Source: Geosiphon pyriformis uo1 (Eukaryota > Fungi > Glomeromycota). Taken from it: 64,000 bases of DNA. Shown in pieces: positions 52,221 to 64,000 of this stretch. The notes below the pieces were generated by a model. That model saw only the letters and a list, made by a program, of their open reading frames with translations, was not told the origin of the DNA and searched no databases. Location of the stretch: NCBI GenBank assembly GCA_016748015.1, contig JAAOMT010000295.1:1240001-1304000 (forward strand). Direction: 5' to 3'. A program made the translations under genes and the position numbers. Numbering within the stretch: position 1 is the first letter of the stretch; every line of letters starts with the position of its first letter.

Positions 52221-52900
52221 TTGATAAATATTTTACTGAGCAAATATACTAATTACTTAATAAATAAAACCAAACCAACAACTTCAAAATTTTTATTTAT
52301 AAGCCAAAAGGTATTATTATTGTAAAAATAGAGGAAATTTGACAAAAAATTGTAGAAAAAAACACAAAATATTTAACAGTGAAATAATTAATTTTATTAC
52401 AATAATTTTTATATATTATATTTTAGTATTATTATTCTTATCATTAAATACTTTTTAATTATTTGTTGACGTTATTACTAACAAATTATTAATTTCGATA
52501 ATATCAAAAACCAAACAAAAATTTATTAAGCAAAACTAATTTAAATTATTTTTAAACAACATAACCAATTAGTTTTTAGAAATCGCAAACAGCCAAGACG
52601 AAATATCCACATCTATAATTGCTTTAAATGTAACTAGGATAGACAGTGAAAGGACCACCTTTAAATTTATATAATTTAACTAAGTTATTTGATAATGCCA
52701 AAAAAACAGAATTTTTATTAATTGGATTTTTTAAAAATAAAAATACAACCAGATTTGAACAAAAATATTTACAGCCCTATACATTGAAGTTATAGTAGAA
52801 AAACTAATTAAACTTATTTTAAACAATGATTTAACCAAAAATATTATTAATTATCAGTTGATACAACAACTTGGACAAATTATCTATAAAACATAAAAAT
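52221..52900 (+). mobile_element. Gypsy fragment G (Gag knuckle to protease), probably the host of E
   Basis: YYYCKNRGNLTKNC (decayed CCHC, ~52312); TALYIEV...LIKLILNNDLTKNIINYQLIQQLG matches A protease TAMY...IKLILDSGSTGSIIT.QLMDQLG. Confidence 0.6.
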
Positions 52901-53439
52901 TTCAGTAAGCAATGTAACAAAAAATGTTTATTTGTTTCTTAATTTTCAAGTGCTGTTAATAAAAACGCTTATTTCTGTCTAAAAATTTTTTTGTTGTAGT
53001 TATATGTTGCAGGCTTCTTAAAATCTGTTATAGTTTTTTGCTAAGAAATGCATTATCTTTTTGGAAAATATTCAGCTGTGTTATGTTTCAGGTTTTAATT
53101 TAAAAAAAAATACTTGAAGAGTTGCAATTAGTCCAAATATTCAAATTTTAATAATTATAATTTTTTAGAAAGTTATTTTTTCTTAAGTGTGATTTGGGCA
53201 AAAAAGATTTGTTTTAGAAAATTGCCTTTATTTTGAGTATTAAAACTTTTCAACTATTAATTAATTCTAGTTACGATATCTTTGAGCAGTACTATTTTGA
53301 TTTCTAGCACTATAATTTAAGAATTTATAAAATAAATATGAAAATTAAATCTTGCTCAAACTATTCCCATTTTGGAAAACCTTTTATTAGAGCAATGCAT
53401 GATTTAATTACAGCATTTAATTAGATTTGTAAGCTGTTA

Positions 53440-54117
53440 CAAATTGATTTAAAGCCAAGTTACCAAAATGTCCAGAATGGTAAAAAGTCTACTTTGGTGA
53501 ATAATATTAATTTTAATAATTTTTCAGAACATGGATTAATAAAATAATCAAATTGGTGAGTTTACAGAGTATACACAGAAAACTTCTGAAAGCCGCAGGG
53601 ATTGTCTGTAATGGATTTCTCCTGACGAGAGCATATTTTTATGTTAAGGTGGCGATGGGAGGTTTTAGTTTTGTTAAAGAAGGGTGGAAAATGTTTTTTG
53701 GGATAAGAATTATGAAAATGTCTTATAAAAAACCAAATTATGGAATATATCAATTAAGATGATGTCAGCTCCTTTTAAGTAATCTATGTAATTTTTTTAT
53801 CCCTATTTCTTTTTTAACATTAAAAAACCATATCGACATAGTTTATTGCATATCTTCTTGTGCCTAGTGCAAATAATCCTCGAATGCTATGGAATTACAA
53901 AGACATTATAACCAAGGAATTTGTTATGCTTTACCATTTGGGGAAACGGGACCTCGAAGCTTTTCTCGAGATCAATGAAAACAATCTTACTTGGAATATA
54001 TTTCTTCGTATTCTTTTTCAAATCGCTAGCGGCCTAAGATTTACAAATGACTCAAAATTGATACATAGAGACTTGAATCCTGGGAATGTCAACAATTGGA
54101 AATTGCAGCAAGTATAA
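53440..54117 (+). pseudogene. Truncated protein kinase (TKL-like) pseudogene
   Basis: PKCPE; Gly-loop VAMGGFSFV; LTWNIFLRILFQIASGL; IHRDLNPGN; frameshifts; no DFG downstream. Confidence 0.8.
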
Positions 54118-55466
54118 AAAAATTATTTTATTTTTAAATAAATTCAATTATCAGTACTCAAACAATTTCTTAAATTCAACAAATTTATAAATAACAATAA
54201 GAAAACTTTGAATTGAAAAACAAAAGTTGTTGTTTATATATATTGCTTATAAATTTGTTATGTATTGGATTAATTACAAAAATTATTTTAAAATTTGTAT
54301 TTACAATTATCAATATATTTAAAATAATTAGATATTGATGCTATTAAAAATAAAAATTTGTTCATAATAATTTGTATATAAACAAAAATAATTATAATAA
54401 TTAAAGGTTTATAATTTACAAAAAATATTTTATAATTAACAAATTCAATTTAATTGTCAAATTAATAATAATAATAATAATAACTTTTTTTTCTTGTTGA
54501 ACTTCTGACCACAACAAGAATCAAGAAAAGCTGAAAGAATATTTTCTTTTCTTTTTTTTTATATATTTGTTTATAAAAATGAAATTGGTGGCCTCTTCTG
54601 CTGATGGTTTAACTGCAAGCAAAATACAGTGAAAACTTACTTTAATACCAGAAAAAAAGAATTATTCCTACTTATATTTATAAAAACATTAACAAAAAGA
54701 CTAAAAAACTTACTTTTGAAGCTAATATAATTAATTTATTTGCTGATTTTTTGGCCATAAACATGTTAAACTTTAAAGTTTTTAAGATGTCTAAATTATG
54801 AAATAGTAATGTAAATAGTAAGACTAGTAGTATTAATAATGTATTAAATAGACAATTATATTGTAAAAAAACTTATTATGTTAATTCAAATAAGTTAAAT
54901 AATATTAAAGTTATAAATAAGACAATTCTATAGAAAACTTATATTTAAATACATAATTTGATAAAATTACTACTACAAATTTTGTTTGATAACATAAGCA
55001 ATAATAATATTTAAAGCTTTTTTTAATTAAATTAATTATTACACCAATAAAAAAGAGAGTTTTAATTTGATAAAGTTTATTAAAAACTTTATTATCAAGT
55101 AAATAGTTTTGAAAATATTTTTACTTTTTTAGAATTTTTGGGCATTATTAAATCAATATTTATTTTTAAATTAAACTTAAATTTAGCAAGAGATTTGACA
55201 GTAGTTAAAAAAAATGCAGTAAATATTAATCTAAAAAAATAAACATTTGTATAAATCAAAAAATAATAATTAAGAAGATTTCAATTAATCTTTTTAAAAT
55301 TGGTTTTGTTTATAACTTTTGCTAAATTTGAAAAGATTGTGTTTATTTTAATACAATTTATTAGTTTATAACAAAAAATTATAATAAAATTTAAGAATAA
55401 AGTAATTCCTAAATTAATAGTTGCCAAATAATCAATTTTTATAAATAAAAATTTAATATATATTAT

Positions 55467-56073
55467 TGTTATAAATAGAAATAATAAGCTAATAAATAGC
55501 AAAAAAGAACAAGATTATAGAGTAATAGAATTAATCAAAGGAAATTTAATTTCAAAAAATAAATTGAATAAATATGGATTCAATATGTAATATTAGTATT
55601 ATAAAATATTTCAGTCACTAATTTTTTCAAAAAATAACAAAAAAATTTAAAGATAAAAAGATAGTCTATACTGTTAACAAATAATAATACATTGGTATAA
55701 TTCTATATCTTATGTTAGTACTTTTAAAATTTAATATCAGATATTAAATGTACTTTTTAATTACATTTTATTCAATAATCTTTAAATACTATAATTATAC
55801 AGATCAGAAAAGAGTAGATAAATGCCAACAAGTAATTTTTTATTTTAAAATATTTAAATATTTAAAGCTAAAGAATAGAGAAAGAGAAATAAGTAATAAA
55901 AAAAAGATTAAATTGATAAATATTGTTTTATTTTTTTGATTTCTTACATATATTTTTCTATGTTTTTTTATAGTTGACAGACTTATTATTTATATAGCTA
56001 TTAAAAGTGGTTAATAATTAAGTTATTAATTAGGTCAATAATTAAGTTACTGATTAGATTATTGATTACTATT
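55467..56073 (-). repeat. Partial solo LTR of family C
   Basis: TGTTATAAATAGAAATAATAAGCTAAT... aligns with 21212 onward; right end missing. Confidence 0.75.
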
Positions 56074-58327
56074 ATATATTTTTTTAATAAATATTAATGT
56101 TTTTAACTTTTTTAATTTTTTGGCTTTATATAATAAAAAAACTTGTATTATTGTTTATAATTCAATCTTTTATGTTTAAACTAGATATATTTTAATTTGT
56201 TTAAAAATTAAAAAGTTTAAAAATATTGCTATTTATTTAATCTTAGTTTTTAAAAATGTTAATTTATGTTAAATTAACTTGTTTTTACAAAATTATGTTA
56301 TTTATAATCAATTTATTATTGTATAATTCTAGTAAAAATTTTGGTAATTGTTTTAAAAAAAGTATAATAAAACTTAATAAACAATACTTAATATATATTA
56401 ATATTAAAAAGCAGGCTTTTATTTTTTGTTCAATTTTTTTTGGTAATAAAACTTAGATCTAAGTTGTTAATTGTATTTTGTTTACTTTTTTTTTAATGCT
56501 TTGTTAAATATTAGTTTGTTTTTGGTTATTAAATTTATTTTATTAATATTTAATATTATTAAATTAAAATTTGCTAAGTTAAAATACAGTTTTATTTAAT
56601 TTTGTAAAATAAATTAATAAGTTGATAAAAATATTAAATGTATTTATATTAATTGGTTTATTAATTTTGCTCTAAATGTAAATTATTAGTAAACTTTTTT
56701 TTTGTAAAATTAAGTAAATAATATAGCAATAAAAAAAAGTTTGAAACAATAATAGTATAAAATTTTGTGTGTTTTAAAAAACTTAAAGCTAGTATTAAAA
56801 ATATTTCAAAATTGATTATAAATATTTTAACATAATTAAATAGTATTAATGGTTTTTTAAGTTTTTGTCAAATTTTTTTTTAATAATTAATTACATTTAA
56901 AAAATTGTAAATTGTAATATAAAAGACATTAATATTTTTATAAAACAGAATAAAATTATATATTAATATATAAAAATAAATAATATAGTTTTAATTATTA
57001 TTAAAACTAGTTTAAAAAAGTATAAATTCTTAAATAATAAGCAAATTTAATAAGATTTAAGTCTTTATATTTAAGTTGAATTAAAATTTTGGGTTTTAAA
57101 ATTACAGTAATTATTAACAAATATTTAATTAATTATATTGCTAAGTTTTTAAGATTTTAAGTTGGTTGTTTTTAGTTTATTTGTTTTTTAAAAACAATTT
57201 GTTAATTATTTTTTTCAGATTATATGTTAATATATTTTTTAAAATTAAATTAAGTAAAACTTTTAATGTTAATTTTATTATTATATAAGCTGTAAAAAAT
57301 AGTATATTTGTGATTTTTAGAAGCAATTTCAATATAAATAATGTTTATTATAGTATTGGTTTTAAAAATATTTTAATTTGAATTTAATTTTTTGCTAATA
57401 ATTTATTAGTAAAAATTTTAATTTAATATAATTTAAAAAAAAAGTAAAAATTATTAATTAGATTTTTGTTAATAAATTATTTATAATTACAATTATTAAA
57501 CAGAAAGTATATAAAATGTTTGAGTTTTTTAACACTAATTATAAAACTATTTCTGTTTTTATTAGTTTAAATGGTTTATTAAACACATATTTTATTGTTT
57601 TATTTAAGTACATTAATAAAAATTATTAAAAATACAGAATTAAAAATATTAATATATTAATTAAGATTATTTTAAAGATATTTTTTTAATAATTGTTGCT
57701 ATGGCTAATTTTTTTGATAAATTAATACAGAATAGTAATTTTAATAATATAAAGTTTTTTTTAAAAAATAATTTCTGCTTATTAATTAATAATATTTTTG
57801 GCAAATTATAAATTAAAAATTTTAATATTTATAAAAACAAATATTTGTTTAAGTTTTATAAATTAAAAATTTTAGTGTTTAAAATTATTAAATAATTAAA
57901 AAAAATATATTTAATATCAAGCTTAATTGCTTTTTAAAAACTTTATTGTTTGTTAATAAAGTTAAAACTTTTATAATTTGAAACATATTAATAATTAGTT
58001 CAAATATAATTAATATGTATTTTGCTTTATAATATGTTAAAAAAGTTTATAAGATTTTTAAATATTAAGAATTACATATAATTAAAAATTTTGGTATTAA
58101 AATTGTAATCAAAAAACATATAAATAATTTTGTTAAATTATAAAAATTATATTATCAAAAATATTTTAAAGTATCTTTTTTATAAAATTGTTTTGGATTA
58201 TTTATTTATTAATAATAAACTTATCTTTAAGTCTATTTAAGTTAATCTAAAGTTAATAAAATTATGTAAGATTAAACCAAAAAAAAGTGGTTTTGAATAA
58301 AGTTTTGATTATTTGGCAGTATTAATA

Positions 58328-60604
58328 CAATTAAATTTAAATAACTTATACTAAAATAACTTATAATTTGTAATAAGCCATAGTATTTTAAATCTAACAA
58401 TTTAATAGTTAAAAAATTTTTATGTTTATAACCCATATCTATAATACTCAATAATTCATAACTTTTTACTGTCAATATAAGTTATCTTAAATGCTAGATT
58501 TAGTTTAAATTCTGCTAATTCTGGTAAAATTACAGTAAAACAAACCAATATTTTTATGATTAAAAATGCTACATAATAATATAACATTACTTATTTAACA
58601 GAATAATTATTAATTATTTAAGTAATTAAGTTGGAGTTTCAAATTGTCTCAAGTTTTAAATTATTATCAATTATGTGAGTAATCAAATTAGAGTTTCGAA
58701 TTGTTTCAAGTTTTAAATTATTATCAATTATGTAAGCAATCAAGTTGAATTTTTGGATTAGCCCTATTTTAATCATACTTTTCCTTTGCTTTTTAATTTT
58801 ACTATATCTAATAGCAAAAAACATGCTATTTTTTTAGCTTGTGTTTTGCAAAGTTGTAAGAATGCTACACTTTATAATAAGCTTATGATGCTTGATTGGT
58901 ATTATGCAAATAATAAAAACCAATTAAAAACTGTAAGGCACTTTAAGAAAAATGGTTTTCTATACATGAAACAGTCTTTAGTTTTGGCTTAAATCAAAGA
59001 TAAACAAAATTTTTCTGCACAAACAAATATAATATATAACTTAACAAACAAATATATATGTACAATATGTAATCCTAACTTTGATAAAGCATTTGTTATT
59101 TTTGTTTAAAAGACAGAATTGTGTAAAATAACATTTATTAAAAATATAATTTAAGTTATTAACATAAAGTTTTATAATTAGATATTTCAAAAAATAAATG
59201 CCAAAAACTATTTAATAACTGATTTGAAAGCTTTAAAAACTATATTAAATTGTATTTATTTTGCTTTTATAGTAATATATTATCAACTAATATTAAGCAT
59301 ATTGAAGATAAATAAATGTGTATAATAATACTTTTTGCTAATTAAAGATTATACAATATTTTTAATATAGATAAAACTGTATTATTTTATGTTATATTAC
59401 CAAATTAAAACCTTATTACAATACTATATCATAACACTAAACAATTAAAAGTGTGATTGACATTTGCTTTTACAATTAATGTTAATAAAACTAAGTTTTT
59501 GCCATTATTTATTATTGGTTATACTAAATGTTTATGCTGTTTTCAAAAAAACAGAAAAACAACTTGGTTTTTAATAATATTTAAATATTTGTGCTTAGAT
59601 AACTGATAATATTTTTTAATAATAACTTGTTAATTGAAACTATTAGCTACATAAAAAAAACTGAAACATATTATTATTAGTAAACAATTTTGCTAGTTAT
59701 AACTATAATATAAGAACTATTATAAATATTTATGTAAAATAGTTTGTACCTAACTTGACAATTGTATTTAGCTTATAGATGCTAAAATTATTTATTGTTT
59801 TAAGGCATATTATTATTACTATTTTTTTTATTATATATTAAATTTTTTTAATAATAGTATTAATAATATTTATGCAATTAACTAACTTTAAGCAATGTGT
59901 TTAATTTATAGAACATAGATAAATGTTTCAAATGAAACAATTACTCATTGCTAACACAAAATTGGCTTTCTTTTAATCAATATAAATGACAACTTTTAGA
60001 ATAAAACTACAAATTTGGAAATAATAGCTAATTATAATCAAAAAATAGTATTAGAAAAAATTAAGAATTGATACAAAAAGTTTAATTGCATACAGCCAAA
60101 TTGTACATATTTATTAATTGAAAAGTTAATAAATCTATTTGAAAAAAATAATACAATTATTTTGGAACATCTGGATAATAATAAGATTGCAAATTATATT
60201 ATAACAAATTGTGAAACAAAACATGATAGCTCTGATAAAGAACAAAAAATACAGAAAATAATAAGTATTAAGAATATACTAACTGCTATTACAAATTTTA
60301 AACAGTTTATAGAGCTTAAAAATAGCAAAAAATTTTATGATACAGTTAGTAAGTTTGCTTATATTAAATATATACTTTATAAAAGAATATAAAATGAACA
60401 AAAATAAATAATTCTTACAAATTTTTTTAATATTGAATAAGTTAATTAAAAAATTTTATAAGAATATGCAAATAAATTTATTTTTTAATAATATTATAGA
60501 TATTTTTCTTATATATATATATATACTTAAACCTAAAAAAATATATAATCTGTAATAACTCATAGTAATTTGTATTTACTAAAGGTATAAGTTAGATTTA
60601 ATTG
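58328..60604 (+). mobile_element. Tc1/mariner pogo-like (CENP-B HTH + DDE_1) DNA transposon, decayed, TA TSD
   Basis: TA|CAATTAAAT..TAACTTATAC and the inverse at the right end with TA at 60605-60606; removal rejoins L-c ORF2 in frame. Transposase motifs NATL..KLMMLDWYYANNKNQLKT, IFNIDKT, LPLFIIG, ILLLVNNFAS, DAKIIYCFKAYY. Confidence 0.85.
58634..58747. repeat. 57-bp tandem duplication in the pogo 5' region
   Basis: GAGTTTCRAATTGTYTCAAGTTTTAAATTATTATCAATTATGT... occurs twice. Confidence 0.85.
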
Positions 60605-63600
60605 TATGTGTTTTTAAATTATATAAATAATAATATTTTTGTAATGTCATAATTCGAATTAAAAAAGATAAATTTTTAACAGTTATAAGAAATTTTTTTA
60701 ATAATAAAGTAGCAGATTTATTGGATATTTTTAATAAACTTTGAAAATACTATAATAATATTATTATTAACTTAATTGTTTGGCAAAAAGCTTAGATTTA
60801 ATAAATTCTAAAATTTTATAAATATAATAATATTTTTATTAATATTTGGTTTATTATATTTATTAAAATTAACAAAAATATTTTTTAAAAAATTTTTCAG
60901 ACCAAATTTTTTCTGTATATAACAAATTTAGTGTTTTTTATAATAATAAATTTTTTGTTTTAAAAGATAGTTTTATTTAATTACCTATTTTTGTTGTAAA
61001 TTTAGTAATAAAAATGCTTTAAAAAAAATTTAGTTAATTCTATAAGATATATGATTTGTATATAATTTTGTAAACTGGCTTTATTTAAAAAACAGTTTGA
61101 TTTATATAAAAATGTATAAAAAATTTATTAAATTTTTTGATAAAATCACAATAATAAAAAAATAGTGATCATTTTTATTAATTATTAAATTAAAAAGCTT
61201 TTTTTAAACATTAGTAAAGTGCTTATTTTATTAATAAATAAATAAAAAATACACAAATATTTGGGGATTTTTTTTTAACTAAGAATATGTTTATGTTTAA
61301 TTTGAAGAAAATATTAAGTTTTTTACAAATATGGTCTTAAAAAAAGCTAAATTAGATAAACAGTTTTTGAATTTTGGTTTTAACTATTTTGCAGCCAATT
61401 ATTAATTATAAAACCCAGTTTAGTTTAATGTTTAAATGTGTTTATATTAAATAAAATTTAATTATTAAAAAAAATTAAAATCCAAAACCAATTTGTTTAG
61501 AGATTTTCTTAATAAGACAATTTTATTATTTTTTGTTATATAGTTTTAAGTTTTTTAAGCAAATTCAATCAAAAAAAATGACCAGTTTAGTCGTTTATGT
61601 TAATACAAATAATATTCTTAAAAAGTTTTTTAATTATACAACAATAAATTTACAGATCACAAATTGGATATTATAATATTTACTTTAATTTTTTATAAGT
61701 TGTTTATTAATTCTGTAAACAATTTTTTGGCTGGTGTAACTAAGATATAATTTATTTTTGGTAAATAATTTACTTTATGTTTTTGTTTAAAAAATAAGGT
61801 TCTAATATTAGATATATTAAATTATTTAAATTATTAATTTTAGTTAAATTTTTAAAGAAATTAGACTTTAGAAGTACAGTTTCTGTTTGGTTTAATAATA
61901 ATAATATGTTTATTAATAAAGATAATCTTAATAGTTAACATGTTTTACTGTTTTTTATAGACTTTTGTTTGTTCAAATACAATAATTACAAAATAGTTAA
62001 AAAATGCTTAGTAAATACTAATTTAAACGTTGTTACTATTTATATTAATAGTTTGATTAAAGATTTAGGATTTTATAATACTATTGCTAATGTTTTTGCT
62101 TATTTTTCAGATTTTAGTTTTAAAATAGGTTTGGATATTTATTTTTATTGAAATTAACTGAATTGTAAATAATAGTTTTGGTTTTAATCTGTATTTTAAA
62201 AAGAGGTATAGTTTTGATTAACTTAAATAATTAAATTGTATTAGATATATTGAATTCTAATTTAACTATTATTGGTCTTAATTTTTGCAATAAATACTAG
62301 ATTAAACATTACTATATTAATAAAACTATTATAAATAAAAATTTATTAATCTACTGCTATAAAATTAAAGACTATTTTGGTATTAAAGCCAATAATTACA
62401 CAGATATAATTGCAAGTATTTTTATAAATTCATGTTTTGTTTTGTTTTTTAATGTTTATAAGTAGTATTTAATTGCTAATAATCAATTTATTTTTTGGAA
62501 ATACTTATTATTTTGTAATAAGATTGTTTGATTTTGTTTGTTATGCTAATTAAAAATTCAAATTTACTAAAAAATTTGTGAATGAATTCTTGGTTTATAA
62601 TTTTAATCTGCTGTATATTATAATAGTATAACACCTAAATAAACATATATATACTAGATTGACTGATTCAATTTTTCCTGTTCTTTATTTTTATTTTATA
62701 AAAGCTTTGCACAAAAAATTGCCAATTTTTTTGAAAAAAAAAGCTATATAATATTTTATATTCAAGTACTACTTGCTTATATTGTAATTTGTTAAAAAAT
62801 TTTAACTATATCTTTTGGTATAGATCTAATTTTGCTGCTAAAAAGAATGCAATTTTTGATATTATTGTTAAATAGAAAAAATTATCTGGCCAATTAGTTA
62901 CAAACTCTTTGGTTATTTAATTATTGCATAATATAAAGTCTAATAATTATTTATATATGATTATTATAAAAAATTTTGTTTTGAAGAATTTGTTTTTAGA
63001 GGCTACTAAAGTGTTTGTTGAAAATTCGGAGGCTGTTATAGACATTATCAATTTTGTGCATAATGTAGTAACTTGTTATGAGTTGAATATTTGGTTTTTA
63101 AATACTAATTTAAGAAAATTTTATGAATCTTATAATTCTGATAGTTGCTAATAGATCAGTGTTTTGTGATATTGGCAGTTTGTTATTATGTGGCTTTGAT
63201 ATAAATATCTGTAAGTTCAGCTTTAGTTATGGTATTCTAATTAATTTTGGTCTTAATGTTTTTTTATCTTGAGTTTTTGTGGTGGCATCTGTGCCTCTTG
63301 CAATATAAGCTTGTAGTGTTGTTTTGATTGGCTTGAGTGGCTGGTTATGTGTAGAAAACACATGAGCCATGATTATTTTAGAATCTTATACAATTGTATT
63401 GTAATAAGTAGTGATTGGGCTGCATTCATAGAATTAATAAAAAAAAATGATAAGAAACCAAATATGGATGGGTATTGATTTTATGATTGGTATGTGAGAT
63501 TTTCTTGAAAATTTTTTTGTTTGATAACATAATATAAATATGGTAATTATAACACTAAAGCATTATTAAAATAAATTATATGGTATTTAAATACCAAATA

Positions 63601-64000
63601 ATGTGGTTGTGTTTACACAAGTATAATGAAAAAATAAGCATGGTTTTACAAATATATGATTTGTAATTGAACTATTATAATTAAATTTGCACATTAAAAT
63701 TTTAATTTTAATAAAAAAATTTATTTTGGTTTACTTTTAATGCTTCCAAAATTTTCAAGATTATTTATTTTTTGTACATGATTTCTAAAAGTTCATCCAC
63801 ATCAAATTTTGAAGCAAAATAAAGAATTTATTCTGGTTACTTTTATATTTTTTTATTCGTAGAGTGGGATACGAAATTTTATATTTTAAATTCTTGAACT
63901 TTGCTATCTAAGTGTGTGGAGCTTTATTCGGTATTCATCGAGATTCCCCTTAAGAATCGCTTTAACTTTTTAGTTAAAATCTTAACCCGTTACTTAATTC

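Larger units (their letters stand above)
54480..63447 (+). mobile_element. LINE L-c, very decayed, interrupted by a partial LTR and a pogo element
   Basis: 5' UTR and ATG 54579 (MKLVASSADG) resemble L-b; APE start ~56883; YLGIFF (~61257); 3' UTR hairpins 63324-63366; poly(A) to 63447. Confidence 0.75.

Noticed and set aside
58531-58545. TACAGTAAAAC as the left pogo TIR
   Set aside because: 58328 matches the right terminus better and restores the LINE frame on excision.
54120-63000. Short K/N/I/F-rich ORFs in the track as host genes
   Set aside because: They are products of extreme AT decay of LINE, LTR and pogo sequence.

Overview
This is AT-rich eukaryotic, almost certainly fungal, repeat-block DNA. 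The kinase and TE families resemble those of Glomeromycotina (AM fungi/Geosiphon); that is my inference, not a database result. No intact host gene is present. About 90% of the window resolves into nested, C>T/G>A-riddled transposons. (1) Three near-full-length non-chromoviral Ty3/Gypsy LTR elements: A (1-9954 +), C (14199-21876 -) and D (23421-33383 -), plus fragments B, F, G and a partial LTR. (2) A short-LTR chromodomain Gypsy relic with a Tf1-type self-priming signal: E (48491-52216 -). (3) Three APE-RT-RNaseH LINEs: L-a split by C, D and L-b; L-b (34119-40988); and L-c split by a partial LTR and a pogo element. (4) An apparently ORF1-only LINE derivative, a pogo/DDE_1 DNA transposon (58328-60604) and a truncated kinase pseudogene. 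The most notable signal is a three-cistron architecture shared by the Gypsy elements. One long Gag-PR-RT-RNaseH frame STOPS after RNase H, integrase is a separate ORF (own ATG in C), and a conserved non-Env ORF3 abuts the PPT. Family A/D also carries a multi-CxxC module plus dUTPase inside pol, an ATG-less ~340-codon extension ahead of capsid, and a PBS caged by two alternative hairpins. All translations and alignments were done by hand, so boundaries of degraded relics are approximate.
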